Of a stretch of 64,000 nt of DNA, positions 38,241 through 48,398 are shown in pieces. Source of the stretch: a virus (lineage: Duplodnaviria > Caudoviricetes). Made by a program: the position numbers and the translations under genes. Each line of letters starts with the position of its first letter. Position 1 is the stretch's first letter. The DNA is taken from the IMG/VR virus record IMGVR_UViG_2926965794_000002, positions 1-64,000 of that record; one strand, 5' to 3'. Below the pieces are notes generated by a model, which had not been told where the DNA came from, made no database searches, and saw only the letters and a list, made by a program, of their open reading frames with translations.

Positions 38241-38657
38241 TCATCTCTCCTTCGGTTCAAAAAATCGGAGCTTCTTCCAGCCCATCTGGCGCAACGCCAA
38301 GGCTGTCTCGCACGCGACGCCCTGCTTCTCGTCGCAATGGATCACGCGTTGTTCGGGTTTGAGCCAGACGCCGATGTGCGCCGGTATCTGGAGATGAGCC
38401 ATCAGGACGAGCGCGCCGTCAGCAGCCGAAACGAGGCCTCCCGGCCCTTCCGGAACTTCTCGCCAGAGATCCCGTTCCGGATGCCCATCGAAGGACTCCA
38501 GCACCCAGCGCTTCGAGAAATCATTCGGGACCGGGATACGCGGCAGTCTCCGCCCGAACAGTTCTTTCTCGACGTGGCAGACGAAATCCCAGCAATTGCG
38601 GGTCTGCCAGGCCCACGGCTCACCGATGAGCGGCGCAAGGAACTCGGAACGGGTCAT
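38241..38657 (-). CDS. Tail assembly NlpC/P60 protein (gpK-like)
   Basis: NCWDFV, HIGVWL, VIHC. Confidence 0.8.
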   Translation of the reverse strand: MTRSEFLAPLIGEPWAWQTRNCWDFVCHVEKELFGRRLPRIPVPNDFSKRWVLESFDGHPERDLWREVPEGPGGLVSAADGALVLMAHLQIPAHIGVWLKPEQRVIHCDEKQGVACETALALRQMGWKKLRFFEPKER

Positions 38658-39181
38658 TACGCCAGCAAACTCGGGAATTGGACGTAGTCGTAGTTCTTGG
38701 TCAGGCGCGGAAACCGCTTGTTCTGCAGGTTTTTCACCATCACGGTGCCGCTGATCGAGGCGCCGACCACCTTGACGTTGCGGAGCTCGAATTCGACGGC
38801 GCCGTAGGACGGCTGCGTGAGGTCGGTGGCGAGATATTCCCGGTACAGGACCGAGATGTATTCGCGGTAGCCGAGCGCGGCCCGGATCTTCGGCAGCAGT
38901 TCGCGATTGACGTTGTCGATCTTGATGTTGGTCTGCGGCGGCTGCCCCTGCCGCTGCTCCGGGTACGAGGACTCGAACGGACACGCGATGAAGGTGACCG
39001 TTTCGCCAGGATTGCGTGGTGCCGACAACTCGATCCCGAAGGTCATGTCGTCGCCGACGTTCGCGACGACCCGCGCCGCGACATCGAAGGATGACTGCCA
39101 GATCTCGAGCGTGTGGTAGACCCGCGCACTGGGCGGGCACGACGCATAGGCCTCGAGGAGCGCTTCGTTATGCGTCGCCAT
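38657..39181 (-). CDS. DUF1833 tail protein (gpL-like)
   Basis: EAYAS, TLEI, IDNV motifs; position. Confidence 0.75.
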   Translation of the reverse strand: MATHNEALLEAYASCPPSARVYHTLEIWQSSFDVAARVVANVGDDMTFGIELSAPRNPGETVTFIACPFESSYPEQRQGQPPQTNIKIDNVNRELLPKIRAALGYREYISVLYREYLATDLTQPSYGAVEFELRNVKVVGASISGTVMVKNLQNKRFPRLTKNYDYVQFPSLLA

Positions 39182-39552
39182 CAGAGATTAAACACCATGA
39201 GCGTCATGGTGGCGGCGATGCGGCTCGACGACGTCGGCACGTAGCTGGGCTTGCCACCTTTCGCGAATTTGCAGGTCTTCGTGGCGTATGCCGAACCAAG
39301 CCAGACCGGCGCCGTGAACCGGCCGGAGCCGTTGTTGAGCGTGTCGCGCACCCAAGCGACGAAAACATCGTGCTCGGCGTTGGTCAGGCTGATCGTCTGG
39401 ACGATGGTCCCGACATTGTCGCCGGGCCGCGCCCGCTCGCGGGTGTTGCCGCCTTCCATGTCGGTCGCGATCGGTTCGAGGAACCGCTTCTGGATCTGGA
39501 AGCCACTCTTCTGCGGTCGGCTGTTGACCGCGGGCCAGGACGGAAGGGCCAT
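39181..39552 (-). CDS. Distal tail protein (gpM-like)
   Basis: T.MEGG..R.R motif; follows the tape measure gene. Confidence 0.7.
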   Translation of the reverse strand: MALPSWPAVNSRPQKSGFQIQKRFLEPIATDMEGGNTRERARPGDNVGTIVQTISLTNAEHDVFVAWVRDTLNNGSGRFTAPVWLGSAYATKTCKFAKGGKPSYVPTSSSRIAATMTLMVFNL

Positions 39553-39555
39553 CGC

Positions 39556-42500
39556 TTAGCTCCCGAAACCCTTTTGGCGGGACGAAATGGCCTGCGAGAT
39601 CGGGCCATTCCGAGCCGCGTCGTCGACCATGAGGCCGGTGACGGCGTTCTTGAACACGATGTCGACCTGCGTGCCGTTGTTGGTCCGGCTGACGCTGGTC
39701 TGCGGATCCGAGCCCGACGGCGCGTTGTAGATGTTCACGACGACGTTGCCGGAGGCGCCGTTGTCGTTGGCGGCACCACCGCCGCCAATTCCTCCGGCGG
39801 AGACGCCGAGGCGACCATCCGGGCCACGCCGCAGCGGCATGATGGCTTCCTCACCAGCTTCGCCCATGAGGCCGGTGCCGTTCGCCATCGGGAACAATGT
39901 CGGCCTAGTCACGACGCCACCGCGCGCGAACGCCACGATCTTGCCGCCGGCGAAGACGTTGCCCAGCGCGCTCGGCGCCAGCGGGCCGAACAGGTTGCTG
40001 CCGGCGGCACCGGGCGTGCCATAGGTGACGCCGCTCGACCCGAGCAGCGAGCCGAAATCGAGGCCGCCGCCGGTCAGGCCACCAAACGAGCTCTGGAGGC
40101 TGCGCATCAGCGGACCGATGACCAGCAGCTTGACGATCATCTCCTCGATCGCGCGGATCACCAGCTTCGAGGTGTCCGAGAACGCCTGGCCGAAGTTCTT
40201 GGTGCCATCGAGCGCATCGGTGACGCCGGTCACCAGGTCGCTCGAAATGGTCGACGAGACCGATGCAAACGCCGCGTTGGTGCGGAGAGCCGCGGCTTCG
40301 ACCGAGTTCAGCGCCGTCGCGACGTCCGGATAGAGCGTCTTCAGCTGCTGCGCGATCTGGACGTCGTCGGGCGACAGCAGCGAGGTCTGCGACCCGAACC
40401 GGATATCGTTCTGGATCTGCTTGAGGGCATTCGCCTGCGCCGCGGCGCCGAGGGCCTTGGCCTGCGCATCGATCGCGGCCTTATCCTGGTCGGTCAGTTC
40501 CTTGTGGTTGCGGACGGCATCAGTCAGAGCCGTCATCCGGGCCACATACTCGGCCGCGGCGCCGGCGGACATGCCGATGGTCGCGGTCTGGATCCCGAAC
40601 GCATCAGCCTGCGCCTTGATCTGGAGCGAGCCGTCGGCCTGCGCGCGGGCGAGGTCCAGTTGGTCCTTGATCTGCTTTGCCGTCAGGCCGGCACCGGCTT
40701 CCTGTGCCCGCTGCAGATCAAGCGTCTTTTGCCGGACGCTGTCGAGGACGCCGGCCGACTGGCCGAGCGCCGACATCCGCGCCGACTGGACGCTCGAGGC
40801 GATATCGAGTTGCAGGGCCGATGTCGCGCGGCCGGTGTCGGCCGGCGAGGCGTTGATCTGCGCCGCCTTGGTACGGATCTGCTCGAGTCCGGCGGCGAGG
40901 CGTTCCGCGGGGCTGGCCGCTGCGCCGAGGAAGTCGACGAGCGCGTTCTTCGGCAGGGCTGCCAGCGCGGCGCTGGTCGCCGCGATCGAGCGCTGCAGCT
41001 GATCCATGGTCTGCCCGACCTTGGCCAGTTTCTGGTCGACATCCGGCGCCGCGGCGAGGTCTTGGAGCAGCTTCAGCTGGTTCTGGAGATCCTGCGTCTG
41101 CCCGATAATCGGCAGCGCGGTGCGGATAGCCTGCTGTTGCGCCAGTGATTGCTGCGCATTGCGGGCGTCCTCCGCGGCGGTCTTCTGCCGCTGCAGCGCG
41201 GCGGTGAGCTTGTCGACCTGTGCCTGGGCGGCGGCGGTTGCGGCGGGATCAGCGATCGGCCCCAGCAAACCGGTGTCCGGGTCGACCGTGCGGCCGCTCG
41301 TCCTCTGCAGGAGCTCAAGTTTCCGCTTCGCTGCCTCCAGCTGCGCATCGAGCCCCTGCACCGGATTCAGGACGTTGTAGATGCTCTTGCCGATCGAATC
41401 CCATGCGTTCGAAACGGCGTTGCCGAGGGCCGTCCATGCGGTCCGCGTCGTCGATACGGTGTTGGCGACATCCACCAGACCCGATTTCACGGCGGTCGCC
41501 AGCGCGACCTGAGCGGCATAGACCTTATTTTGGGCGACGAGGTCCGCGATGTTCTGCTTCGTCGCGGCATCCAGGAAGCCGAGCCGCTGATTGAGATCCT
41601 CGGCCCCCTTCACCGGGTCGGCGAAGGCCTGCGCCAGCGTCTTCGCCGCTTCCGAGGCGTCGGTGCCGTAGATCGTCGCGATATCCTTGCCCATCTGGAC
41701 AATCGGCAGGATGTTGTCGTTGGCGATCTTGCCGGTCTCCGCCAGCGTGGCCGCGAATGAACGGGCCTCCGCCACGGAAAGCCCGGATCGCGACGAACCG
41801 GCGTCCGCAATCGAGTTGATGCTGCCGGCTGTCGCACCGCTGGCACGGCCGGACCCGAGAAGCGACCTGTTTACCTCCTGCTGCTTGTCCTGGAACGAGA
41901 TCAGCGCCGCGACGCCGATGCCGATCGCTGCTGCGATGCCGCCCCAAACGACCCTGCCAACACTGAGCAGGCCGAGGAACTTCGACCCGACCACGCTCGC
42001 GAAGTCCGTGATGCTCGCCTTGGACGACTGGAAGATCTGGAAGACCTGGCCGCCCTGCTGCGCCAAGATCATGAACGGCGATTGGCCGAGAGCCAGCCCC
42101 GTGAGGACGTCGTTCAGCTGATACGACAGGTTGACGAGCTCGCCAGACGCGACGCGGCCCGTGGTGCTGGCGTTCTTCAGCTGCTGCTGGACGTCGGTCA
42201 ACCGCTTCGCCAGCATCACCTGCGCCTGCTCGTACTCGCCGGTGGAGATGTAGCCGTCGGCCAGCAGCTTCTTGTACGAGGCCATCTCGGCGCCGAGGCG
42301 CTGGAACTCAGTCTCGAGCGGCGCGATCTTGGAGCGCAGTTGCTCCGCGGCGGCGGTCATCTTCTGCTCGGCCGCGATCGCTTCATCGAATTCCGCGGCC
42401 ATGGCGGCGCCGGCGGCGTCGATATCCATGAACGCGGAGGCCGACGCCCTCGCCGATTTGGTAACCTGGTCGTAGCCGAAGGCCTGCGCGATCGACTGCT

Positions 42501-43389
42501 GCGTGCTTGCGGCGAGATGTGCTGCCCGGGCCTGCTCGATTTGGTCGAGACGGGCCACCTGCGCGGCAAGAGCTTCATAGGTTGCGCCCTGCGATGTCGC
42601 CGAGGCTCCGCCACCTCCCAGCGCCTCGGTCAGGCTGCGCTGGAAATTGGCGCCGGCCTGCTCGGCCCGCATCCGGGCGACGTCGTCGATCTGCCGCAGG
42701 TTGGCATCGAAGACGCTCGCGGCGTCCTTCGCCGACTTCGCCGCGCCGGCGATCATGAGCCGGTCGAGATCCGCGCCGAATGCGGCACCGGCTTCCGCTG
42801 CCTTGGCCCGCGCCACCCCCTCGAGGCCGCCGTACTGTGCCAGGAAGGCGTCAGCGCTCTCCTGCGCCGATTTGGTGTCGCCGCCGATGCCGAACTGCGC
42901 GTTGATCGCCGCCTGCGACCGCTGCGCCACGGTCAATTGCTCGATCGCGGCCGCGGCGCGGGTCGCCACTTCGGCATGGATCGAATATTCCTCGTTCAGC
43001 CGGCCAACTGCACCGGCGATCGAGACAAATCCCTTCTCGGCCAGCGACGCGGCATCCGCGGTCAGGCCGAACTTCTGGTAAGCCGCGTCCAGGAGGAGGT
43101 TGACGCGATCGATGCCCATGCCCCGGTCGGCGGCGTTGCCGATGCGGCGGATAATGGCCTCGAACTGCGCGCCGGCACCATAGCCATCGAGCAGCGACTT
43201 GCTGACCGAGGCCATGCCGCCCGGGATCTTCGCGAGCGCGGCATCCGACTGCGCAAGAGCGGCATTGCGAGCCTTGTCGCTCGCAATCATCTTGCTGTCG
43301 GCGTCGACCTTCTGCTGCGCGCCCCGGACATAGCTCGATGCGTCGAAGTCAGATGTGACTCGGAGGGACGAAAGCGCTGTTCCCGCCAT
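39556..43389 (-). CDS. Tape measure protein
   Basis: 1277 aa, Ala-rich; GQSPFMILAQQGGQ; GEAGEEAIMPL. Confidence 0.93.
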   Translation of the reverse strand: MAGTALSSLRVTSDFDASSYVRGAQQKVDADSKMIASDKARNAALAQSDAALAKIPGGMASVSKSLLDGYGAGAQFEAIIRRIGNAADRGMGIDRVNLLLDAAYQKFGLTADAASLAEKGFVSIAGAVGRLNEEYSIHAEVATRAAAAIEQLTVAQRSQAAINAQFGIGGDTKSAQESADAFLAQYGGLEGVARAKAAEAGAAFGADLDRLMIAGAAKSAKDAASVFDANLRQIDDVARMRAEQAGANFQRSLTEALGGGGASATSQGATYEALAAQVARLDQIEQARAAHLAASTQQSIAQAFGYDQVTKSARASASAFMDIDAAGAAMAAEFDEAIAAEQKMTAAAEQLRSKIAPLETEFQRLGAEMASYKKLLADGYISTGEYEQAQVMLAKRLTDVQQQLKNASTTGRVASGELVNLSYQLNDVLTGLALGQSPFMILAQQGGQVFQIFQSSKASITDFASVVGSKFLGLLSVGRVVWGGIAAAIGIGVAALISFQDKQQEVNRSLLGSGRASGATAGSINSIADAGSSRSGLSVAEARSFAATLAETGKIANDNILPIVQMGKDIATIYGTDASEAAKTLAQAFADPVKGAEDLNQRLGFLDAATKQNIADLVAQNKVYAAQVALATAVKSGLVDVANTVSTTRTAWTALGNAVSNAWDSIGKSIYNVLNPVQGLDAQLEAAKRKLELLQRTSGRTVDPDTGLLGPIADPAATAAAQAQVDKLTAALQRQKTAAEDARNAQQSLAQQQAIRTALPIIGQTQDLQNQLKLLQDLAAAPDVDQKLAKVGQTMDQLQRSIAATSAALAALPKNALVDFLGAAASPAERLAAGLEQIRTKAAQINASPADTGRATSALQLDIASSVQSARMSALGQSAGVLDSVRQKTLDLQRAQEAGAGLTAKQIKDQLDLARAQADGSLQIKAQADAFGIQTATIGMSAGAAAEYVARMTALTDAVRNHKELTDQDKAAIDAQAKALGAAAQANALKQIQNDIRFGSQTSLLSPDDVQIAQQLKTLYPDVATALNSVEAAALRTNAAFASVSSTISSDLVTGVTDALDGTKNFGQAFSDTSKLVIRAIEEMIVKLLVIGPLMRSLQSSFGGLTGGGLDFGSLLGSSGVTYGTPGAAGSNLFGPLAPSALGNVFAGGKIVAFARGGVVTRPTLFPMANGTGLMGEAGEEAIMPLRRGPDGRLGVSAGGIGGGGAANDNGASGNVVVNIYNAPSGSDPQTSVSRTNNGTQVDIVFKNAVTGLMVDDAARNGPISQAISSRQKGFGS

Positions 43390-43786
43390 TTGGATGCCCT
43401 CCCTCTCTCAGCCGCTTGCGCTCGTCCTCAGCTTCCTTTTCCCTCTCCGCCTCGCGCTGAACGTGCTCGAGAAACTCCTCGTCCATGGCGCTGACAAATG
43501 CCAAGAACGTCTCGAACTCGACGCCACGAATGTCGTAGCGCCGCGCGTAGGTATCGATGGAAAGGAAGCTGATCGGAGACTGGCCGCCCATGGCCCCGTA
43601 TTGCCGATCGAACCGAAGAGCATGCCAGGCGCGCCAATAGGTCTCCGCCCAGATCGGGAGCTCAGCCTCTGGCGGCCGCTCCGCCTGCGCCGCGAATGCT
43701 TCGGCGTCAGGATCTTCTTCGGCTAGTTGAGCGAGCCACTCGTCCGTGCCCTTCTGCTCGAGCTCGTAGCGAAGGGCGGCCCTCAG
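43349..43786 (-). CDS. Tail assembly chaperone T segment (via -1 frameshift)
   Basis: Open -1 frame from the A AAA AAC site: LRAALRYELEQ...MGGQSPISF. Confidence 0.75.
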   Translation of the reverse strand: MRAALRYELEQKGTDEWLAQLAEEDPDAEAFAAQAERPPEAELPIWAETYWRAWHALRFDRQYGAMGGQSPISFLSIDTYARRYDIRGVEFETFLAFVSAMDEEFLEHVQREAEREKEAEDERKRLREGGHPNGGNSAFVPPSHI

Positions 43787-44226
43787 TTTTTTGCGCCGGC
43801 TCCGACGAACTCGGTCTCTTGGAGACCGACGCGGGAAGCGGCGAGATAAATCGAGCCGCGGACGAGCCGGTACTCAGGATCCGTCAGGATCTCGCGCGCG
43901 GTCTCTTCCGAGAAATCGATGTCCTGCTCGTTGTCGTCGACGAGGCCAATCCAACCGAGCAACAGATACTCGACCGCGAGCTTTCCGTAAGCCTCGGCGA
44001 GCACGTCTTCGGGGACGTTGCGGCCGTGCTTGTTGGTCAGCTTGATCTGAATAACATCGCGGGCCGTCTTGAACTCGGCGTAGTTCGTCGAGCGGACGAA
44101 CCACTTGATATCGCCGGAATCGTCGATATCGAGCGCCGGCATCCAGTCGCCTTCGCGCTCCTTCTGGCTGTCGACCTTCATCGACGACAGCTTCAACTTA
44201 CGCACTTTCTTGGGGGATTCAGTCAT
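43783..44226 (-). CDS. Tail assembly chaperone G
   Basis: Position; ends GCA AAA AAC TGA. Confidence 0.8.
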   Translation of the reverse strand: MTESPKKVRKLKLSSMKVDSQKEREGDWMPALDIDDSGDIKWFVRSTNYAEFKTARDVIQIKLTNKHGRNVPEDVLAEAYGKLAVEYLLLGWIGLVDDNEQDIDFSEETAREILTDPEYRLVRGSIYLAASRVGLQETEFVGAGAKN

Positions 44227-44397
44227 GGCTTGGTGTCACCTTGGTGAGCAAGGGAAGCCCGGCGGGCGCCAGGGGGTGAACCAGCGATCTCGAGGACACC
44301 AATCCTCTACCGGCACCGACCGGTCCAGATCGCTGGTATTTCGGGGCACCGCGCATGAAGCGCGGCACAATTGTTCGGCCGAACGGTCGGCGATCGA

Positions 44398-45879
44398 CTA
44401 TTCGATGTACTCGAAGCGATCGAGCAGGATATGCGCGTTGGTAACGACATCCTGCGCGGCCTGGTAATCGAAGTCGGCCATGACCTGCGTATTCTTGGCC
44501 GTGGCCTGCGGGTTGCCACCGCCGCGGTAAACAGCCCGCGGCACCTGCCAGATCAGCGCCTGACCATTCTTCTGGACCCGCGAGTTGATGTTGCGCGGGG
44601 TGCCATTGCGGAAGGCCAGCACCTCGGTAAGGCTGCCGAAATAGGTGGTCAGCTTTCCGGTGACGGTGCACTCACCGTCGTCCAATGCAACCGGTGCGTC
44701 GGAGTCGACGGCATCCAGCGCCTGCAGATTGTTGTTGATCTGCACCGAGAAGCCCTTGGCCCAGTTCGGGGAGCCAAGCTGCGCCTGATTGACGCCCAGC
44801 CGACCGACGTTGGCATTGGCTGCCATAACGACACCGGTTGTCACGGCATCCGGCGCGGCGTCGAGCGTCACGGTCGTCTCGTCACCGCCGAGCCCCAAGA
44901 AATCCGCCGACCACTTCAGCTTGTCGCCGCTCTGCATGTCGACGTTGAAGGTGTTCACCCGCATGCCGAGATACTTGATGAACGCCGGCGTCTGCATGCC
45001 GAGGAAGCCCTTCTCGATCGTCATCGTGTTGGGCGTGACGCCATTCTTGATCTGGTCGCTGAAGAAGACCGAGATCGTCTTGCCGGCGCCGGTATCCGTG
45101 GTCCAGCCCGACGGCAGATTGTCCAGGGTCAGCTTGTTGGCCGCGATCGCGCTGATGCGTGCATAGGCGGCCGCGCGCGGTTTGGCTCCGGCGGCCACCA
45201 GGAAGGCGAACGTCGAGGCATCGGCGGTGCCGCCGACCTTGATCCACTGCCCGACCACGAGGCCGAGCGTGGTAAAATCGAGCGCCGTGGACCCCAGACC
45301 GTCCGCCAGTGCCGTGATGTCGCCGGCGACACCGGCGAAGCCGACCACCTTGAGCCGTGCGGTACTGGGAGGAGCGGCCTCCGCGGCCATACCGGTACCA
45401 CCGACGATCGTCGTACCCGTCGACGCCGAGGCGCGGAAGACCTGGTTATTCTCCGCCTGGCCGAAGCCAGTCGCGCGCACCAGCATGCCGACCTTCACCG
45501 CGGCTCCGCCGGACACCACGGCATAGGTGCTGGCCGTCGTGCCGGCATCGGTAATGACGCTGTCCGCGGTACCGTCGTTGAAGAATACCGGCGCGTTCAC
45601 CCAGGTATTCTCGAACGCCGACATGAGGAGCTCGGACAGCGGCGATCCATCATCCGGGAACGAGATTTCGCCGTTGATGCCGCCGTTAGTCGTCTCGTTC
45701 GTCTTGATCGGATCCCCGAGCATGCGGTCGTCGCGGATCTCTTCCGAGTCCACATAGGTCGGCGCAAGGGAAAGCGACTCGCCGGTCATCCTGACCTTGC
45801 GCATGCGCGGCGTCGTCGGGGTGACGCCGGGCGTGGTCTCCCGAACGAGAGCGAGTTGCGTACGGTTGGATGAGGTCAC
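44398..45879 (-). CDS. Major tail tube protein
   Basis: RETTPG.TP, SEEIR.DR motifs; position. Confidence 0.85.
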   Translation of the reverse strand: MTSSNRTQLALVRETTPGVTPTTPRMRKVRMTGESLSLAPTYVDSEEIRDDRMLGDPIKTNETTNGGINGEISFPDDGSPLSELLMSAFENTWVNAPVFFNDGTADSVITDAGTTASTYAVVSGGAAVKVGMLVRATGFGQAENNQVFRASASTGTTIVGGTGMAAEAAPPSTARLKVVGFAGVAGDITALADGLGSTALDFTTLGLVVGQWIKVGGTADASTFAFLVAAGAKPRAAAYARISAIAANKLTLDNLPSGWTTDTGAGKTISVFFSDQIKNGVTPNTMTIEKGFLGMQTPAFIKYLGMRVNTFNVDMQSGDKLKWSADFLGLGGDETTVTLDAAPDAVTTGVVMAANANVGRLGVNQAQLGSPNWAKGFSVQINNNLQALDAVDSDAPVALDDGECTVTGKLTTYFGSLTEVLAFRNGTPRNINSRVQKNGQALIWQVPRAVYRGGGNPQATAKNTQVMADFDYQAAQDVVTNAHILLDRFEYIE

Positions 45880-45893
45880 GGCGTTCTCCCAAT

Positions 45894-45919
45894 AAAAAAG
45901 GCGCCCGATGGGGCGCCTT
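45894..45919 (-). terminator. Terminator-like hairpin upstream of the tail tube gene
   Basis: AAGGCGCCC-CATC-GGGCGCCTT-TTTT. Confidence 0.55.
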
Positions 45920-45946
45920 GCGTGAGGTCAGCGATGGTTGGTGGGG

Positions 45947-46192
45947 TTACTTCTCGGAAGTCGCCGGGGCCGCCGGCGCGCTCGTCTCGAGCTTGTTCTG
46001 CGGCACGGTCGCCGAAGCCGGCACCGGAGCCGTCTTGTCGTCCTTCTCCTTGATGAAGCCGCGCGACTTCAGCGTCTCGATGGTGTGCGGCGCCAGCACG
46101 TCGTCGCTCTTGACGACGTTGCTGCGCTCGTCATCGGGCTTGAAGCGGCGGTTCACGGTGTTGAACGCCTTCAGGACGGAATACTCGGTCAT
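45947..46192 (-). CDS. Small hypothetical virion-module protein
   Basis: AGGAG RBS. Confidence 0.6.
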   Translation of the reverse strand: MTEYSVLKAFNTVNRRFKPDDERSNVVKSDDVLAPHTIETLKSRGFIKEKDDKTAPVPASATVPQNKLETSAPAAPATSEK

Positions 46193-46203
46193 GTCTCGTG
46201 CTC

Positions 46204-46677
46204 CTATTCGGCCTCGGTCAGGCCCCATGCGATGCTGGCTGACATCAGGTAGTAGTTCGCGTTCTCGGCACCGGGATCGCCAGATGCCAGATCAGCGGCC
46301 AAGAACTCGAGGCGGTCTTCCAACAGCGTCAGGCCCCTGAACATCCGGACAAGTCCCTTCGCGATGCGCCGTGCCTGGCCGGCACCGGTGTTGCGCGGCG
46401 TGAAGACGTGAAACCAGAGAGTGCCTTCCTCGTCCCAGCGATTATCGCCGGCGCCCTCGCCGCCCCCGATGCTTTCCTGTCCGTAGAAGGTCGAGACCAG
46501 CATGACGAGAACCCACGGCGAGATCTCGCCGCTCGGCGCGCTGTCGCCCTCGTTCTCATAGACGAGCGGCGCGACCGCGAAATCCCACTGGCCGTCGACC
46601 TTTTCCCCGGTCTCGATATCGACGTAGCCGAGGAGCGCGCGGATCGCGTCGTAGACCTCGTCGTTGGGCAGATCCAT
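46204..46677 (-). CDS. Tail terminator-like protein
   Basis: Position; G.LWFHVF.P..TG. Confidence 0.65.
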   Translation of the reverse strand: MDLPNDEVYDAIRALLGYVDIETGEKVDGQWDFAVAPLVYENEGDSAPSGEISPWVLVMLVSTFYGQESIGGGEGAGDNRWDEEGTLWFHVFTPRNTGAGQARRIAKGLVRMFRGLTLLEDRLEFLAADLASGDPGAENANYYLMSASIAWGLTEAE

Positions 46678-47330
46678 CAGGACACCTTCATCGACAGAAC
46701 CAGCGCCGGATACGTCATCTGCGCGCCGGCCATGGTGTCGGGCCGAAGCTTCCGCCGCGCGTACGGCCGATAGCCGCGCCGGAAGTGGCCCTTCAAGATG
46801 TAGCCGCCCGGGAGCGGGATCAGGGTCCGTTTCGCCGTGACGAAGTTGCCGAAGCGCGCCATCACGGCTTTCTTGACGTCTTCGATGATGCCCGGCGGCA
46901 CCGACATCTGCATGTGACCGACGTCAATCTTGCGGCTGTACGGCTGGTTGTTGGTCAAGATCACCGTCGCGTTGAGCGGGATCTCGTCGAAACTCTTCAC
47001 GACGCCACCGGGCGTCATGATGAACCATGAGCGCTTGTAGCGGCCCGAGTCATCCGGCGATCGCTCGACCGCGGTCTGCAGCGCGTACTCAACGATCTCG
47101 CGCCACCAATGAAAGACGTAAAGGATCGGGCCCGGGGGCACGACCGTCTCTTCCTCGGCGTCGCGCCGACCGTTGACGTATTTCTCGTACCGTTCCGAGC
47201 CGACGCCTTCCTGGATGGCCTTCGACAACTCGGATCGTGCAAATGCTGCGAGCCCCTTCGCGATGTTCTCCGGCGCCATGCCAGCGGTCGCGAACTTGAG
47301 ATCCCGCTCGAACGTCGAGATCCTGGCCAT
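46677..47330 (-). CDS. HK97 gp10-like neck protein
   Basis: SP.DSG.YK.SW, NNQPY. Confidence 0.65.
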   Translation of the reverse strand: MARISTFERDLKFATAGMAPENIAKGLAAFARSELSKAIQEGVGSERYEKYVNGRRDAEEETVVPPGPILYVFHWWREIVEYALQTAVERSPDDSGRYKRSWFIMTPGGVVKSFDEIPLNATVILTNNQPYSRKIDVGHMQMSVPPGIIEDVKKAVMARFGNFVTAKRTLIPLPGGYILKGHFRRGYRPYARRKLRPDTMAGAQMTYPALVLSMKVS

Positions 47331-47665
47331 CACTGACCCGACGTGACGATTTCGTAGCAGCCCTGATACTCGCGATGGTCGGTGTCGACCGTTTGCACAG
47401 TCGTCGGCCAATCGAGGTTCGGACCAAGATAGATGTTGTCGCCCTTCGCGACCGGGACCGGAAATCCCTGTGCCTGCAGATCCAGCACCGACACGATGAG
47501 GTGCCTGGTGCCCGCCGTGATGCCGTTCACATACTCGTCCGGCGAATAGCCCTCGATTACGGCCTTCACCTGCGCGGTCGCGCCACCTTTCGCGCGCTTG
47601 AAGCGGACCATATGTCCGCGGCGGTTGATGCCGCGGCGCGCCCTCGCTGCTGCTGCCGCATCCAT
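47330..47665 (-). CDS. Head-tail adaptor/closure protein
   Basis: Position and coupling. Confidence 0.6.
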   Translation of the reverse strand: MDAAAAARARRGINRRGHMVRFKRAKGGATAQVKAVIEGYSPDEYVNGITAGTRHLIVSVLDLQAQGFPVPVAKGDNIYLGPNLDWPTTVQTVDTDHREYQGCYEIVTSGQ

Positions 47666-48330
47666 CAGCCGAACTCCGGCTCGTAGCCGTACTGCTCGAG
47701 CGCGGCAGCGATATCGGGCGGGAATGCACCGTTTTCGCCGATCTGGCCGACCCAGTATTCAAGGCGCTCGATATCGGTCGTCCATTCCGACTTCACCGTA
47801 GGATCGCGGTCGGCGGCAAACCGCGCGGCACGGATCATGCCGATTACGGCACCCTCGATCGCCAGAGGAAGCGTGAAATTGGCGGTTGCCGGCAGCGTCC
47901 AACCGGCCTTGAAGCGGACCACGGTACGGACGCCAGGTGCCCAGCCGATGCTCGGCGGCGGAACGACCCCAAGCCGCCACATCTCGCCGGTACCGCCGTC
48001 GAAGTCGTAGTCGGTCGGGTCGATTGTCACGGTCCCGATCGTGACCGAGACAATCTCGGTGACGGGATGACGCGCCAAGATCATCTGCCCGCGACGGCGC
48101 CGAAACCACGGACTGTGGACGAACTTCTGCTCCAGCGTCTCGAGCCCGAGCGTCTTGGAGCCATCAACGGCGGCCGGGACCAAGAGATAGTCGCACACCA
48201 TGGCCGAGAGCCGGTCGATCAGGCGGCCGATCTTGGCGTCTTCGGTGCCGTCGGTGATCCCCAACTCGGTCTTGACGTTTTCCAGCGTCGTCAGTTTGCG
48301 GTCAGTTGCGGGCTCGACGACGGAGAACAT
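47665..48330 (-). CDS. Head-tail connector (gp6-like)
   Basis: LTTLENVK.EL; V.FKAGW. Confidence 0.75.
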   Translation of the reverse strand: MFSVVEPATDRKLTTLENVKTELGITDGTEDAKIGRLIDRLSAMVCDYLLVPAAVDGSKTLGLETLEQKFVHSPWFRRRRGQMILARHPVTEIVSVTIGTVTIDPTDYDFDGGTGEMWRLGVVPPPSIGWAPGVRTVVRFKAGWTLPATANFTLPLAIEGAVIGMIRAARFAADRDPTVKSEWTTDIERLEYWVGQIGENGAFPPDIAAALEQYGYEPEFG

Positions 48331-48398
48331 GCGCAAGCACCTCGCGGGGCCATGCGCCCGAGGCTATTGCCCCGGGCGCTGGGATTGCACAGCGACCG

